Below are positions 22,504-37,013 of a stretch of DNA of 64,000 nucleotides, piece by piece (position 1 is the first letter of the stretch; every line of letters starts with the position of its first letter). The DNA is taken from assembly GCF_003334785.1 (NCBI RefSeq), contig NZ_QOWV01000002.1. One strand, written 5' to 3'. Source of the stretch: Escherichia coli (GTDB lineage Bacteria; Pseudomonadota; Gammaproteobacteria; Enterobacterales; Enterobacteriaceae). Position numbers and translations under genes: made by a program. The notes beneath the pieces are model-generated. The model was not told the DNA's origin, ran no database searches, and saw only the letters and a program-made list of their open reading frames with translations.

Positions 22504-22538
22504 CTGTAACCGTTTCCATTGCTGTGACTCGATTCACG
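22504..22538 (+). promoter_or_regulatory. galS promoter region: gal-operator-like site plus CRP-like site
   Basis: CTGTAACCGTTTCCAT resembles the GalR/GalS operator; adjacent TGTGACTCGATTCACG fits TGTGA-N6-TCACA. Confidence 0.55.
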
Positions 22539-22614
22539 AAGTCCTGTATTCAGTGCTGACAAAATAGCCGCCAGCAAGCAGTCATTTACTGCAATCTCAT
22601 AACAGGTAGTGAAT

Positions 22615-23655
22615 ATGATCACCATTCGTGATGTAGCGCGTCAGGCTGGCGTCTCTGTGGCAACGGTTTCCCGGGTGCTCAATAACAGCACGCTGGTCAG
22701 TGCCGACACGCGTGAAGCAGTAATGAAAGCCGTGAGTGAGCTGGATTATCGGCCAAACGCCAATGCCCAGGCGCTGGCAACTCAGGTTAGCGACACCATT
22801 GGCGTGGTGGTGATGGACGTTTCTGATGCGTTTTTCGGCGCGCTGGTAAAAGCGGTGGATCTGGTCGCTCAGCAGCATCAGAAATACGTGCTAATCGGCA
22901 ATAGCTATCATGAAGCGGAAAAAGAGCGTCACGCCATTGAGGTGTTAATTCGCCAGCGTTGTAATGCGTTGATTGTTCACTCAAAAGCATTGAGTGACGA
23001 TGAACTGGCGCAATTTATGGATAACATTCCCGGTATGGTGTTAATCAACCGCGTTGTGCCGGGGTACGCCCATCGTTGCGTTTGCCTGGATAATCTCAGC
23101 GGTGCCCGAATGGCGACGCGCATGTTGCTGAATAACGGTCATCAACGTATTGGTTATCTTTCTTCCAGCCACGGCATTGAAGATGACGCCATGCGTAAAG
23201 CAGGCTGGATGAGTGCGTTGAAAGAGCAGGATATTATTCCGCCGGAAAGCTGGATTGGCGCTGGTACGCCGGACATGCCGGGCGGTGAGGCGGCGATGGT
23301 TGAACTGCTGGGGCGCAATCTACAACTTACCGCTGTATTTGCTTATAACGACAATATGGCCGCTGGCGCACTGACAGCATTAAAAGATAATGGCATTGCG
23401 ATTCCGTTACATCTCTCAATCATCGGTTTCGATGATATTCCCATCGCCCGTTACACCGACCCGCAATTAACGACCGTGCGTTATCCCATTGCTTCAATGG
23501 CGAAATTAGCCACCGAACTGGCCTTGCAGGGGGCAGCAGGCAATATTGATCCTCGTGCCAGCCACTGTTTTATGCCGACGTTAGTGCGTCGCCATTCTGT
23601 CGCAACACGCCAGAATGCGGCGGCGATCACTAACTCAACAAATCAGGCGATGTAA
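22615..23655 (+). CDS. galS: LacI/GalR-family repressor of the mgl operon (galactose isorepressor)
   Basis: ORF with N-terminal [26 protein letters not shown]; ATG at 22615 chosen over the upstream GTG. Confidence 0.93.
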
Positions 23656-23668
23656 CCGCTTTCAATCT

Positions 23669-23684
23669 GTGAGTGATTTCACAG
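23669..23684 (+). promoter_or_regulatory. CRP binding site in mglB promoter
   Basis: TGTGAGTGATTTCACA, perfect TGTGA-N6-TCACA; a gal-operator-like ATGTAACCGCTTTCAAT lies just upstream (23650-23666). Confidence 0.75.
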
Positions 23685-23934
23685 TATCTTAACAATGTGA
23701 TAGCTATGATTGCACCGTTTTAACGTTGTAACCCGTATGTAACAGTGAATAATCACTTTTGCCGAGGTAACAGCGTCATAACAACAATTAAAGCCGTTTT
23801 CTGGAGCGTTACCGGGCATGGAAGAACGAATTTTAAAAAGTGAGCTTCGGCGTTCAGTAACACTTCATTAACTCTACTGCCCCGCCGAGCATTTATCTCA
23901 AGCACTACCCTGCATAAGAAAAACCGGAGATACC

Positions 23935-24933
23935 ATGAATAAGAAGGTGTTAACCCTGTCTGCTGTGATGGCCAGCATGTTATTCGGTGCCGCTGCACAC
24001 GCTGCTGATACTCGCATTGGTGTAACAATCTATAAGTACGACGATAACTTTATGTCTGTAGTGCGCAAGGCTATTGAGCAAGATGCGAAAGCCGCGCCAG
24101 ATGTTCAGCTGCTGATGAATGATTCTCAGAATGACCAGTCCAAGCAGAACGATCAGATCGACGTATTGCTGGCGAAAGGGGTGAAGGCACTGGCAATCAA
24201 CCTGGTTGACCCGGCAGCTGCGGGTACGGTGATTGAGAAAGCGCGTGGGCAAAACGTGCCGGTGGTTTTCTTCAACAAAGAACCGTCTCGTAAGGCGCTG
24301 GATAGCTACGACAAAGCCTACTACGTTGGCACTGACTCCAAAGAGTCCGGCATTATTCAAGGCGATTTGATTGCTAAACACTGGGCGGCGAATCAGGGTT
24401 GGGATCTGAACAAAGACGGTCAGATTCAGTTCGTACTGCTGAAAGGTGAACCGGGCCATCCGGATGCAGAAGCACGTACCACTTACGTGATTAAAGAATT
24501 GAACGATAAAGGCATCAAAACTGAACAGTTACAGTTAGATACCGCAATGTGGGACACCGCTCAGGCGAAAGATAAGATGGACGCCTGGCTGTCTGGCCCG
24601 AACGCCAACAAAATCGAAGTGGTTATCGCCAACAACGATGCGATGGCAATGGGCGCGGTTGAAGCGCTGAAAGCACACAACAAGTCCAGCATTCCGGTGT
24701 TTGGCGTCGATGCGCTGCCAGAAGCGCTGGCGCTGGTGAAATCCGGTGCACTGGCGGGCACCGTACTGAACGATGCTAACAACCAGGCGAAAGCGACCTT
24801 TGATCTGGCGAAAAACCTGGCCGATGGTAAAGGTGCGGCTGATGGCACCAACTGGAAAATCGACAACAAAGTGGTCCGCGTACCTTATGTTGGCGTAGAT
24901 AAAGACAACCTGGCTGAATTCAGCAAGAAATAA
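23935..24933 (+). CDS. mglB: Periplasmic D-galactose/D-glucose-binding protein
   Basis: 332-aa ORF with signal peptide ending AHA. Confidence 0.95.
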   Translation: MNKKVLTLSAVMASMLFGAAAHAADTRIGVTIYKYDDNFMSVVRKAIEQDAKAAPDVQLLMNDSQNDQSKQNDQIDVLLAKGVKALAINLVDPAAAGTVIEKARGQNVPVVFFNKEPSRKALDSYDKAYYVGTDSKESGIIQGDLIAKHWAANQGWDLNKDGQIQFVLLKGEPGHPDAEARTTYVIKELNDKGIKTEQLQLDTAMWDTAQAKDKMDAWLSGPNANKIEVVIANNDAMAMGAVEALKAHNKSSIPVFGVDALPEALALVKSGALAGTVLNDANNQAKATFDLAKNLADGKGAADGTNWKIDNKVVRVPYVGVDKDNLAEFSKK

Positions 24934-24941
24934 GACTGATT

Positions 24942-24968
24942 GGGCGCAGTCTATTACTGCGCCCTTAT
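24942..24968 (+). terminator. Intercistronic hairpin (putative partial terminator or mRNA stabiliser) between mglB and mglA
   Basis: Perfect 9-bp stem GGGCGCAGT / ACTGCGCCC with 5-nt loop followed by TTATTG. Confidence 0.55.
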
Positions 24969-24993
24969 TGTATGGCCAACAAGGTAAAATTAT

Positions 24994-26514
24994 ATGGTCA
25001 GCTCAACGACTCCGTCCTCCGGGGAATACTTGTTGGAAATGAGCGGTATCAACAAGTCCTTTCCTGGTGTTAAGGCACTTGATAACGTTAATTTAAAAGT
25101 CCGGCCACATTCTATCCATGCATTAATGGGGGAAAACGGTGCAGGAAAATCGACATTATTAAAATGCCTGTTTGGTATTTATCAAAAAGACTCCGGCACC
25201 ATTTTATTCCAGGGTAAAGAGATCGATTTCCATTCTGCAAAAGAAGCCCTGGAAAATGGTATTTCGATGGTACACCAGGAGTTAAACCTGGTATTACAAC
25301 GTTCGGTGATGGATAACATGTGGCTGGGGCGATATCCCACCAAAGGCATGTTTGTCGATCAGGACAAAATGTACCGCGAAACCAAAGCGATTTTTGACGA
25401 ACTGGATATTGATATCGATCCGCGTGCGCGCGTCGGCACATTATCCGTTTCGCAAATGCAGATGATCGAAATCGCCAAAGCGTTTTCCTATAACGCGAAA
25501 ATTGTGATTATGGATGAACCGACTTCTTCGTTAACCGAAAAAGAGGTCAATCATCTGTTCACTATTATTCGTAAATTAAAAGAGCGCGGCTGCGGTATTG
25601 TTTATATCTCGCATAAAATGGAAGAAATCTTCCAGTTATGTGATGAAGTTACCGTATTGCGCGACGGTCAGTGGATCGCCACCGAACCGCTGGCAGGACT
25701 GACGATGGACAAGATCATCGCCATGATGGTTGGGCGTTCTCTTAACCAGCGTTTCCCTGACAAAGAAAACAAACCGGGCGAAGTCATCCTCGAGGTACGT
25801 AACCTGACGTCACTGCGCCAGCCGTCGATTCGCGATGTCTCGTTTGATCTGCATAAAGGGGAGATCCTCGGTATTGCCGGTCTGGTGGGGGCGAAACGTA
25901 CCGATATTGTTGAGACGTTATTTGGTATTCGCGAGAAATCGGCTGGCACCATAACGTTGCACGGCAAACAGATCAATAACCATAATGCCAACGAAGCCAT
26001 AAACCATGGATTTGCACTGGTAACTGAGGAGCGCCGCTCAACGGGAATTTATGCCTATCTGGATATTGGTTTTAACTCGTTAATTTCCAATATTCGCAAC
26101 TACAAAAATAAAGTTGGTTTACTGGATAACTCGCGGATGAAAAGCGATACCCAGTGGGTGATTGATTCGATGCGGGTAAAAACGCCGGGTCATCGGACGC
26201 AAATTGGTTCGCTCTCCGGTGGTAATCAGCAAAAGGTGATTATTGGTCGCTGGCTACTAACGCAACCAGAAATATTAATGCTCGATGAACCGACGCGCGG
26301 TATTGATGTCGGGGCGAAGTTTGAAATTTATCAGTTAATTGCCGAACTGGCGAAGAAAGGCAAGGGGATTATTATTATCTCCTCTGAAATGCCTGAGTTG
26401 TTAGGGATAACAGACCGTATTCTGGTCATGAGCAATGGTCTCGTTTCCGGAATTGTCGATACAAAAACAACAACGCAAAACGAAATTCTGCGTCTTGCGT
26501 CTTTGCACCTTTAA
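24994..26514 (+). CDS. mglA: Galactose/methyl-galactoside ABC transporter ATP-binding protein (duplicated ABC domains)
   Basis: 506-aa ORF with Walker [10 protein letters not shown]. Confidence 0.95.
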
Positions 26515-26529
26515 GATTAGGGGCTTCCC

Positions 26530-27540
26530 ATGAGTGCGTTAAATAAGAAAAGTTTTCTTACTTACCTGAAAGAGGGCGGTATTTACGTCGTTCTTTTAGT
26601 TTTGCTGGCGATTATTATTTTCCAGGACCCAACATTTTTAAGTCTGTTGAACTTAAGTAATATTCTCACCCAGTCATCGGTGCGTATTATTATCGCGCTC
26701 GGTGTGGCAGGGTTAATTGTCACCCAGGGGACCGATCTTTCTGCTGGTCGTCAGGTAGGGCTGGCGGCAGTGGTGGCTGCGACATTATTGCAGTCCATGG
26801 ATAACGCCAACAAAGTGTTCCCGGAAATGGCGACGATGCCGATTGCGCTGGTTATTCTGATTGTCTGTGCCATTGGTGCGGTGATCGGTTTGATCAACGG
26901 TCTGATTATCGCTTATCTCAACGTGACGCCGTTCATTACCACGCTCGGCACGATGATCATCGTCTATGGCATCAACTCGCTCTATTACGACTTTGTCGGG
27001 GCGTCGCCAATTTCTGGTTTTGACAGTGGCTTCTCTACCTTTGCTCAGGGCTTTGTCGCGCTGGGGAGTTTCCGTCTCTCTTACATCACCTTCTACGCGT
27101 TGATTGCGGTGGCGTTCGTCTGGGTGTTGTGGAACAAAACCCGCTTCGGTAAGAACATTTTTGCCATTGGCGGTAACCCGGAAGCGGCAAAAGTATCTGG
27201 TGTCAACGTCGGCCTGAACCTGCTGATGATCTACGCGTTGTCTGGCGTGTTCTATGCCTTTGGCGGGATGTTAGAAGCCGGACGTATCGGCTCTGCCACC
27301 AACAACCTCGGCTTTATGTATGAGCTGGATGCTATCGCGGCGTGCGTGGTAGGCGGTGTATCGTTCAGCGGCGGTGTGGGGACGGTGATTGGCGTGGTGA
27401 CCGGGGTAATTATTTTTACCGTCATCAACTATGGCCTGACGTATATCGGCGTAAACCCATACTGGCAGTACATCATCAAAGGGGCGATTATTATCTTCGC
27501 CGTAGCGCTGGATTCACTGAAATACGCGCGTAAGAAATGA
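26530..27540 (+). CDS. mglC: Galactose/methyl-galactoside ABC transporter permease
   Basis: 336-aa polytopic membrane ORF. Confidence 0.95.
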   Translation: MSALNKKSFLTYLKEGGIYVVLLVLLAIIIFQDPTFLSLLNLSNILTQSSVRIIIALGVAGLIVTQGTDLSAGRQVGLAAVVAATLLQSMDNANKVFPEMATMPIALVILIVCAIGAVIGLINGLIIAYLNVTPFITTLGTMIIVYGINSLYYDFVGASPISGFDSGFSTFAQGFVALGSFRLSYITFYALIAVAFVWVLWNKTRFGKNIFAIGGNPEAAKVSGVNVGLNLLMIYALSGVFYAFGGMLEAGRIGSATNNLGFMYELDAIAACVVGGVSFSGGVGTVIGVVTGVIIFTVINYGLTYIGVNPYWQYIIKGAIIIFAVALDSLKYARKK

Positions 27541-27597
27541 TGTGAATGTGGTCCGCATTCGGTCATAAACGCACATAACATCATGATCTGTGTGGTT

Positions 27598-27780
27598 TTG
27601 TAGGCCGGATAAGGCGTTCACGCCGCATCCGGCAACAGGAGCCAAATGCCGGATGCAACGCTGGCGCGTTTTATCCGGCCTACAATAAGCTCAACATACT
27701 GATTTGTATGGTTTTGTAGGCCGGATAAGGCGTTCAAGCCGCATCCGGCGACAGGAACCAAATGCCGGATGCGTCTCTGG
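27598..27780. repeat. BIME: cluster of about four REP units in alternating orientation
   Basis: Repeated TGTAGGCCGGATAAGGCGTTCA(C/A)GCCGCATCCGGC units between convergent mglC and preA. Confidence 0.85.
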
Positions 27781-27782
27781 TT

Positions 27783-29018
27783 TTACAACGTTACCGGGTG
27801 TTCTTTCTCGCCTTTCTTAAACTTCACTTCCCCGAGCTCAATACAACCCACCGGGCAGACGTGACCACAAAGCAGACAACCCACACATTTCTCGGTATTA
27901 CAATGCGGTGTGCGGGTTTTCTCGCTCCATTCCATCGCCTGGTGACCGCCGTCGTAACAGGAAATATAACAGCGTCCACAGCCAACACATTTATCAAGAT
28001 TGATACGGGGATAGACAATATAACTGCGGTCTAAATCTTCCGCCGGGACAATATTGTTATTCGCCAGACCTACCATCTCCTGCAGCGAATCAAATCCCTG
28101 ATCGGCGAGATAATGCGACAACCCGCTTGCCATATCTTCCACTATCCGATACCCGTACTGCATGATGCCGGTGGTCACCTGTAACGTTGCTGCGCCGAGC
28201 AATAAAAACTCAGCCGCATCCTCCCAGGTTTCAATGCCGCCGATACCGCTGATTGGGAAATCGCGCAGTTCTGGATGGGTGCGCATTTGCTGAATGAAGC
28301 GCAGGGCGATCGGTTTTACCGCTTTACCGGAATATCCGGAAATACTCGATTTTCCGTTAACGATCGGCATACCGATTTTCTGATTAAGATCGATATTGGT
28401 GATGGATTTAACGGTGTTAATCGCCGCAATGCCATCTGCGCCGCCGCGCTTCGCCGCCAGCGCCACTTCGCACATATCACCGATATTCGGCGTCATCTTC
28501 GCCAGCATTGGCAGCGTGGAACCCCGTTTCACTGCCCGACAATATTTTTCTACCAGCTCCGGGCTTTGCCCGACATCGCTACCCATCGCATGAGAAGTCA
28601 TTTGCGGACAGGAGAAGTTACACTCGATCATATCCGCGCCAGCTTCTTGCACCAGGCGCGCCAGCTCCTCCCATTGCTGCTCATTTTCCCCCATGATCGA
28701 AGCGATCAATACTTTGTCCGGGTAATCTTCCTTCAGCCGACGCAGGGCGGCCAGATTCTCTTCCAACGGATGTTCAGCAATCTGCTCCATATTTTTGAAG
28801 CCGATAAAACCGGTATCTTCTTTCACCAGATGATCAAAACGCGGCGAGACTTCGTTGGCGATAAAAAAGCCGATCGTTTTAAACACCACACCGCCCCAAC
28901 CTGTGTCGTAGGCTTTGGCACACATCTCATAGCAGTTGCCTACCGGCGAAGAAGAGAGGCAGAACGGGTTGGGAAACTTCACGCCGCAAAAAGTAATCGA
29001 AAGATCTTTCGTTAACAT
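27783..29018 (-). CDS. preA: NAD-dependent dihydropyrimidine dehydrogenase subunit PreA
   Basis: C-terminal 4Fe-4S ferredoxin motifs (CVGCGRC, CPVGC); ATG at 29018 (MLTKDLSI...) preferred over the upstream TTG; overlaps preT stop. Confidence 0.92.
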   Translation of the reverse strand: MLTKDLSITFCGVKFPNPFCLSSSPVGNCYEMCAKAYDTGWGGVVFKTIGFFIANEVSPRFDHLVKEDTGFIGFKNMEQIAEHPLEENLAALRRLKEDYPDKVLIASIMGENEQQWEELARLVQEAGADMIECNFSCPQMTSHAMGSDVGQSPELVEKYCRAVKRGSTLPMLAKMTPNIGDMCEVALAAKRGGADGIAAINTVKSITNIDLNQKIGMPIVNGKSSISGYSGKAVKPIALRFIQQMRTHPELRDFPISGIGGIETWEDAAEFLLLGAATLQVTTGIMQYGYRIVEDMASGLSHYLADQGFDSLQEMVGLANNNIVPAEDLDRSYIVYPRINLDKCVGCGRCYISCYDGGHQAMEWSEKTRTPHCNTEKCVGCLLCGHVCPVGCIELGEVKFKKGEKEHPVTL

Positions 29019-30250
29019 GAGCAAGCTCCCTCTAAATAGTGATGAATCGCCTCGGCGGCTTCTTTCCCGGTTTTCACGGCATAGACCACGGTTTTGTCAC
29101 CCTCAACAATCTCGCCAGCAGCAAAGACTTGCGGGTCGCGGGTCTGGTAATTTTGTGTTTTGATGGTGTTACGCTGCGGCTCTAACTCCGCAAAGGCATC
29201 TAGTCTGGCATGCTGACCGACGGCGAGAATAATTTTATCTGCCGCCATCGTCAGTTCGCCCGATAACCGTACATGCTTAAACGTGACTTTATTGCCTTCC
29301 ACGGCTACTGGCGTGAATCCATCGATGATCGAAACGCCCAGCTCCCGGGCGCTGGTAAACTCTTTTTCGCTTGCCGGAAACTCATCTAACTCTTCACGCG
29401 CTACGCAAGTTACCGCCTGACAGCCGAGAACTTTCAGCGTGCTGGCTACGTCCATCGCGACATCACCGCCGCCGATAATTAATGCGCTTTGTGGAATGCT
29501 GATATCGCCTTGCGCCTGTCGTGCACGTTGCAAGAAGTCGACGGCAATCTCAACGTCACTATGCTCAAACAGCGGTAGCCCGGAACCGCTTGATAACCCC
29601 ACGGTGACCAGTACCGCGCGGTTTTCTGCTTTCAGCTGCTCAAGGGTGAGTGTGTTACCGACTTCGTTGTTGCACTTAATGGTCACGCCCATTTTTTCAA
29701 TACGGGCGATCTCTGCATCCAGCACTGATTGCGGTAACCGGAATTGCGGAATACCGTTACGCAACCAGCCACCGGGGTGCGCTTCTTTCTCATAAATCGT
29801 GACGTCATAACCCTGGTTTGTCAGTGTCACACTGGCCTGCAATCCGGCAGGACCTGCGCCAATAATCGCGACTTTGCCGAGCGTTTTAGTACCGGGCTGA
29901 TAAATTTCCATTCCGGTTTGTTGTTCAAAATCAGTAACAAAACGCTGTAAGCGGCCGATATCAATGGGAGCATCAACACCGGCACGGGTACAACCGCTTT
30001 GGCATAATTTCTCCGTCGGGCACACTCTGGCACAAACGGCACCGAGGGCATTATTTTCGCGAATTGTCTCGGCAGCGCCTTTAAAATTACGAAAGTAGAT
30101 TGAGCGAATAAATTTCCCCGGATCGGTCTGTGCCGGGCAAGCCTGACTACAGGGAGCGTCGTGACATAATAAACAGCGAGAGGCTTCTTTAATCGCCAGT
30201 AAAGACGTAAAAGCCGGAGTGAGTTCATCCAGATAATTTTGTTGCGGCAT
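29012..30250 (-). CDS. preT: Dihydropyrimidine dehydrogenase subunit PreT (GltD-like)
   Basis: 412-aa ORF with FAD/NAD-binding GAGPAG motif and N-terminal Cys cluster. Confidence 0.92.
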   Translation of the reverse strand: MPQQNYLDELTPAFTSLLAIKEASRCLLCHDAPCSQACPAQTDPGKFIRSIYFRNFKGAAETIRENNALGAVCARVCPTEKLCQSGCTRAGVDAPIDIGRLQRFVTDFEQQTGMEIYQPGTKTLGKVAIIGAGPAGLQASVTLTNQGYDVTIYEKEAHPGGWLRNGIPQFRLPQSVLDAEIARIEKMGVTIKCNNEVGNTLTLEQLKAENRAVLVTVGLSSGSGLPLFEHSDVEIAVDFLQRARQAQGDISIPQSALIIGGGDVAMDVASTLKVLGCQAVTCVAREELDEFPASEKEFTSARELGVSIIDGFTPVAVEGNKVTFKHVRLSGELTMAADKIILAVGQHARLDAFAELEPQRNTIKTQNYQTRDPQVFAAGEIVEGDKTVVYAVKTGKEAAEAIHHYLEGACSC

Positions 30251-30443
30251 GTGATCTTCCTTAATGCTATAGGTAATTAAGGCGAGCGTTTAGTAAATAA
30301 TAATGTACTGATATTAAGGCTAAGCGTGCGGGGGAATTTAAACTGTGAAAAGATTCACAAATAGCTGCGGTTAGGAATGTGATATCCGCAGCTTATCAGG
30401 TGAAGTAATAATTATTCTCAATAATTAACTGGAGAGGGGAATA

Positions 30444-32439
<1,996 letters not shown>

Positions 32440-32568
32440 GGCGTTGCCTCATAATCATGTAATGGGATAACAGTTTACGAACCCGTTGTGGCTTTATATG
32501 TGATCTGAATCTCATTAATTATGCAACGCGTGAAACATACATCAAAAATGCGCGACGCATCGCAAATT

Positions 32569-33695
<1,127 letters not shown>

Positions 33696-33897
33696 TTAAT
33701 TCGTAAAACGTGCTACCGATCACATTAAGAAATCAGCGCTTATTTTTTCGCTCCCCGGCATTACGCAATGCGCAGCGAACTCAGGCATACATCAAGCATA
33801 GAGAGGGATTGCAGTTTGCAGCAATCCCTCTTTGCAGACCTTTAATCCGCTGACCATAGGCGCTAACATAGCGCCTCATTTTTTTGCGGGTGATGAT

Positions 33898-34845
33898 ATG
33901 CGTGTGTTACTGGCACCGATGGAGGGAGTGCTTGACTCTCTGGTGCGTGAATTGCTGACCGAAGTTAACGACTACGATCTGTGCATCACCGAGTTTGTCC
34001 GCGTGGTGGATCAACTGCTGCCGGTAAAAGTCTTTCATCGCATTTGCCCTGAGCTACAAAACGCCAGCCGGACACCATCTGGTACGCTGGTGCGCGTGCA
34101 GTTGTTAGGTCAGTTCCCACAATGGCTGGCAGAGAACGCCGCCCGTGCGGTGGAGTTAGGTTCCTGGGGCGTGGATCTCAATTGCGGCTGCCCGTCGAAA
34201 ACGGTTAACGGTAGCGGCGGCGGGGCGACGTTACTCAAAGATCCTGAACTCATCTACCAGGGTGCAAAAGCGATGCGTGAAGCTGTACCGGCGCATTTGC
34301 CCGTCAGCGTGAAAGTGCGTCTGGGCTGGGACAGCGGTGAGAAGAAATTTGAAATCGCCGATGCGGTTCAACAGGCTGGCGCTACGGAGCTGGTGGTGCA
34401 TGGGCGGACGAAAGAGCAGGGTTACCGCGCGGAGCATATTGACTGGCAGGCGATTGGCGATATTCGCCAGCGGCTGAATATTCCGGTGATTGCCAACGGT
34501 GAAATCTGGGACTGGCAGAGCGCGCAACAATGCATGGCGATCAGCGGCTGCGACGCAGTGATGATTGGTCGCGGGGCGCTCAATATTCCCAACCTGAGCC
34601 GGGTGGTAAAATATAACGAACCGCGAATGCCGTGGCCGGAGGTGGTTGCTTTGCTGCAAAAATATACCCGTCTGGAAAAGCAGGGCGATACCGGGTTATA
34701 TCACGTTGCGCGGATTAAACAGTGGTTGAGTTATTTGCGTAAAGAATACGATGAAGCAACGGAATTATTTCAGCATGTTCGGGTGTTGAATAATTCCCCT
34801 GATATTGCAAGGGCTATTCAGGCAATTGATATCGAGAAACTCTAA
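33898..34845 (+). CDS. dusC: tRNA-dihydrouridine synthase C
   Basis: ORF from ATG at 33898 ([13 protein letters not shown]...), Dus-family TIM barrel. Confidence 0.92.
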
Positions 34846-34892
34846 AAAACCATAGTGATGTTTTTTGACAATGTGTTAGCTCTTTATCAATA

Positions 34893-35130
34893 GGCCGCAC
34901 GGTTGTTTGGTGGCGTCAAAATTGCCGAGGCGTTCCCTGAAGGCCGGGGCAGCCCACATGGATGTGGGCTGAGGGCGCGTTTTACAGGGATGTTACCTCG
35001 CGCCCGACCCGGTAGCCGTAAGGGATAAGTCGAGGGCACCGCGCAGCGGCGATTTTGTTCGCCAGAGCCCGGGGGTGCAGGGGGCGGCGGCGATTGGCCG
35101 CCCCCTGCGCGCTCCTTGCGCCAGTGATTA
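34893..35130. other. GC-rich, palindrome-dense intergenic element (unclassified)
   Basis: About 240 bp of high GC flanked by AT-rich DNA; perfect inverted repeats CAGCCCACAT-GG-ATGTGGGCTG, GGGCGCG-N19-CGCGCCC and GCAGGGGGCGGC-N8-GCCGCCCCCTGC. Confidence 0.5.
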
Positions 35131-35217
35131 TATGAAGCAATGCACATGACAGGAGCGCAACAGGATGAGAGACTGAAATATTCTCGTTATTTTCGGACCT
35201 GATGACATTAATTAATT

Positions 35218-35301
35218 TTAAAATATCATCTTAAATACGCCAGTCACCACCAGTAGCCCAATCAGGAAAATAATCAATACAGCCCAGAGTATAATTTTCA
35301 T
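35218..35301 (-). CDS. yohP: Small hydrophobic membrane protein (27 aa)
   Basis: Reverse-complement translation MKIILWAVLIIFLIGLLVVTGVFKMIF, below the ORF-track size cutoff; recognised from memory as YohP. Confidence 0.75.
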   Translation of the reverse strand: MKIILWAVLIIFLIGLLVVTGVFKMIF

Positions 35302-35524
35302 TGGCGTTCCTTTATTTGTGAGTGCTGAATAAGTATAGGAAAAAACGAAGCCCTTTGCCGTTATCCATAAACGATTAAGATAAATCGGAAGATATCATTC
35401 ACTTAGTGTATATTTTTCTGGATATGTCGTTTTATTGCCACTGATGTATTGCCACGCGAAACTAAAAAATATATCGCAACACACGGTAATCTCCGCGCAC
35501 CTTTTCTTACCTGATTATTCCCCC

Positions 35525-36961
35525 ATGAATCGTGATTCCTTTTATCCAGCCATCGCCTGTTTTCCGCTGTTACTGATGCTGGCCGGGTGTGCGCCTATGC
35601 ATGAAACCCGCCAGGCGTTAAGCCAGCAAACGCCCGCTGCACAAGTTGACACCGCATTACCCACGGCGCTGAAAAATGGTTGGCCAGACAGCCAATGGTG
35701 GCTGGAGTATCACGATAATCAACTCACTTCCTTAATTAACAATGCACTACAGAACGCACCGGATATGCAGGTGGCTGAACAGCGCATTCAGCTAGCTGAA
35801 GCCCAGGCGAAGGCAGTTGCCACTCAGGATGGTCCGCAGATCGACTTTTCGGCGGATATGGAGCGGCAAAAAATGTCGGCAGAAGGCTTAATGGGGCCGT
35901 TTGCTCTGAACGATCCGGCCGCAGGTACGACCGGCCCGTGGTACACCAACGGTACTTTTGGCTTAACGGCGGGCTGGCATCTCGATATCTGGGGAAAGAA
36001 TCGGGCGGAGGTTACTGCCCGCCTGGGTACGGTTAAAGCACGGGCGGCGGAACGCGAGCAAACCCGCCAATTGCTGGCTGGCAGCGTAGCCCGCCTGTAC
36101 TGGGAGTGGCAAACCCAGGCGGCGTTAAACACGGTCTTGCAGCAAATAGAAAAAGAGCAGAACACCATTATCGCGACCGATCGCCAGCTATATCAGAACG
36201 GGATTACTTCTTCAGTTGAAGGTGTGGAAACCGATATTAATGCCAGCAAAACCCGGCAGCAGCTCAACGATGTCGCGGGGAAAATGAAAATTATTGAGGC
36301 ACGGTTAAGCGCACTTACAAATAACCAGACAAAGTCATTGAAGCTTAAACCGGTCGCGTTGCCGAAAGTGGCAAGCCAGCTTCCTGATGAACTGGGGTAC
36401 TCCTTACTGGCCCGGCGGGCAGATTTGCAGGCGGCGCACTGGTACGTTGAGTCATCGCTAAGCACCATTGATGCGGCAAAAGCGGCATTTTATCCTGACA
36501 TCAACCTGATGGCCTTCCTGCAACAGGATGCGTTGCACTTAAGCGATCTGTTCCGTCATTCCGCGCAGCAAATGGGCGTTACGGCAGGCCTGACGCTACC
36601 CATTTTCGATAGTGGTCGTCTTAACGCCAATCTCGATATCGCAAAAGCCGAAAGCAACTTGTCTATCGCCAGCTACAACAAAGCGGTGGTTGAAGCGGTG
36701 AATGACGTGGCGCGGGCAGCCAGTCAGGTTCAGACACTGGCGGAGAAAAACCAGCATCAGGCGCAAATTGAGCGCGATGCCTTGCGTGTGGTAGGTCTTG
36801 CGCAGGCGCGCTTTAACGCGGGCATCATTGCTGGTTCCCGCGTCAGCGAAGCCAGAATCCCCGCGCTGCGTGAGCGGGCCAATGGCCTGTTATTGCAAGG
36901 GCAGTGGCTGGATGCCTCCATTCAACTCACTGGTGCGTTGGGCGGGGGTTACAAACGCTGA
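35525..36961 (+). CDS. mdtQ: Outer membrane efflux lipoprotein (NodT/OprM family), apparently intact
   Basis: 478-aa ORF from MNRDSFYPAIACFPLLLMLAGC (lipobox LAGC); the uninterrupted frame extends further upstream to 35435. Confidence 0.85.
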   Translation: MNRDSFYPAIACFPLLLMLAGCAPMHETRQALSQQTPAAQVDTALPTALKNGWPDSQWWLEYHDNQLTSLINNALQNAPDMQVAEQRIQLAEAQAKAVATQDGPQIDFSADMERQKMSAEGLMGPFALNDPAAGTTGPWYTNGTFGLTAGWHLDIWGKNRAEVTARLGTVKARAAEREQTRQLLAGSVARLYWEWQTQAALNTVLQQIEKEQNTIIATDRQLYQNGITSSVEGVETDINASKTRQQLNDVAGKMKIIEARLSALTNNQTKSLKLKPVALPKVASQLPDELGYSLLARRADLQAAHWYVESSLSTIDAAKAAFYPDINLMAFLQQDALHLSDLFRHSAQQMGVTAGLTLPIFDSGRLNANLDIAKAESNLSIASYNKAVVEAVNDVARAASQVQTLAEKNQHQAQIERDALRVVGLAQARFNAGIIAGSRVSEARIPALRERANGLLLQGQWLDASIQLTGALGGGYKR

Positions 36962-37013
36962 TGATATGCGCCTTCTATACTTAACGTTTATTCAGCGTTA
37001 AGTGGAGAACTCG

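Noticed and set aside
27598-27780. Possible CRISPR array suggested by repeated about 35-bp units
   Set aside because: The units are imperfect palindromes in alternating orientation matching the REP consensus, with no uniform-length unique spacers and no cas genes nearby; this is a BIME.
34887-35147. 86-aa minus-strand ORF (MCIASYNHWRKERAGGGQSPPPPAPPGSG...) across the GC-rich element
   Set aside because: Low-complexity Pro/Gly/Arg-rich translation typical of a spurious frame in GC-rich palindromic DNA; no RBS; the region is better explained as a structured non-coding element.
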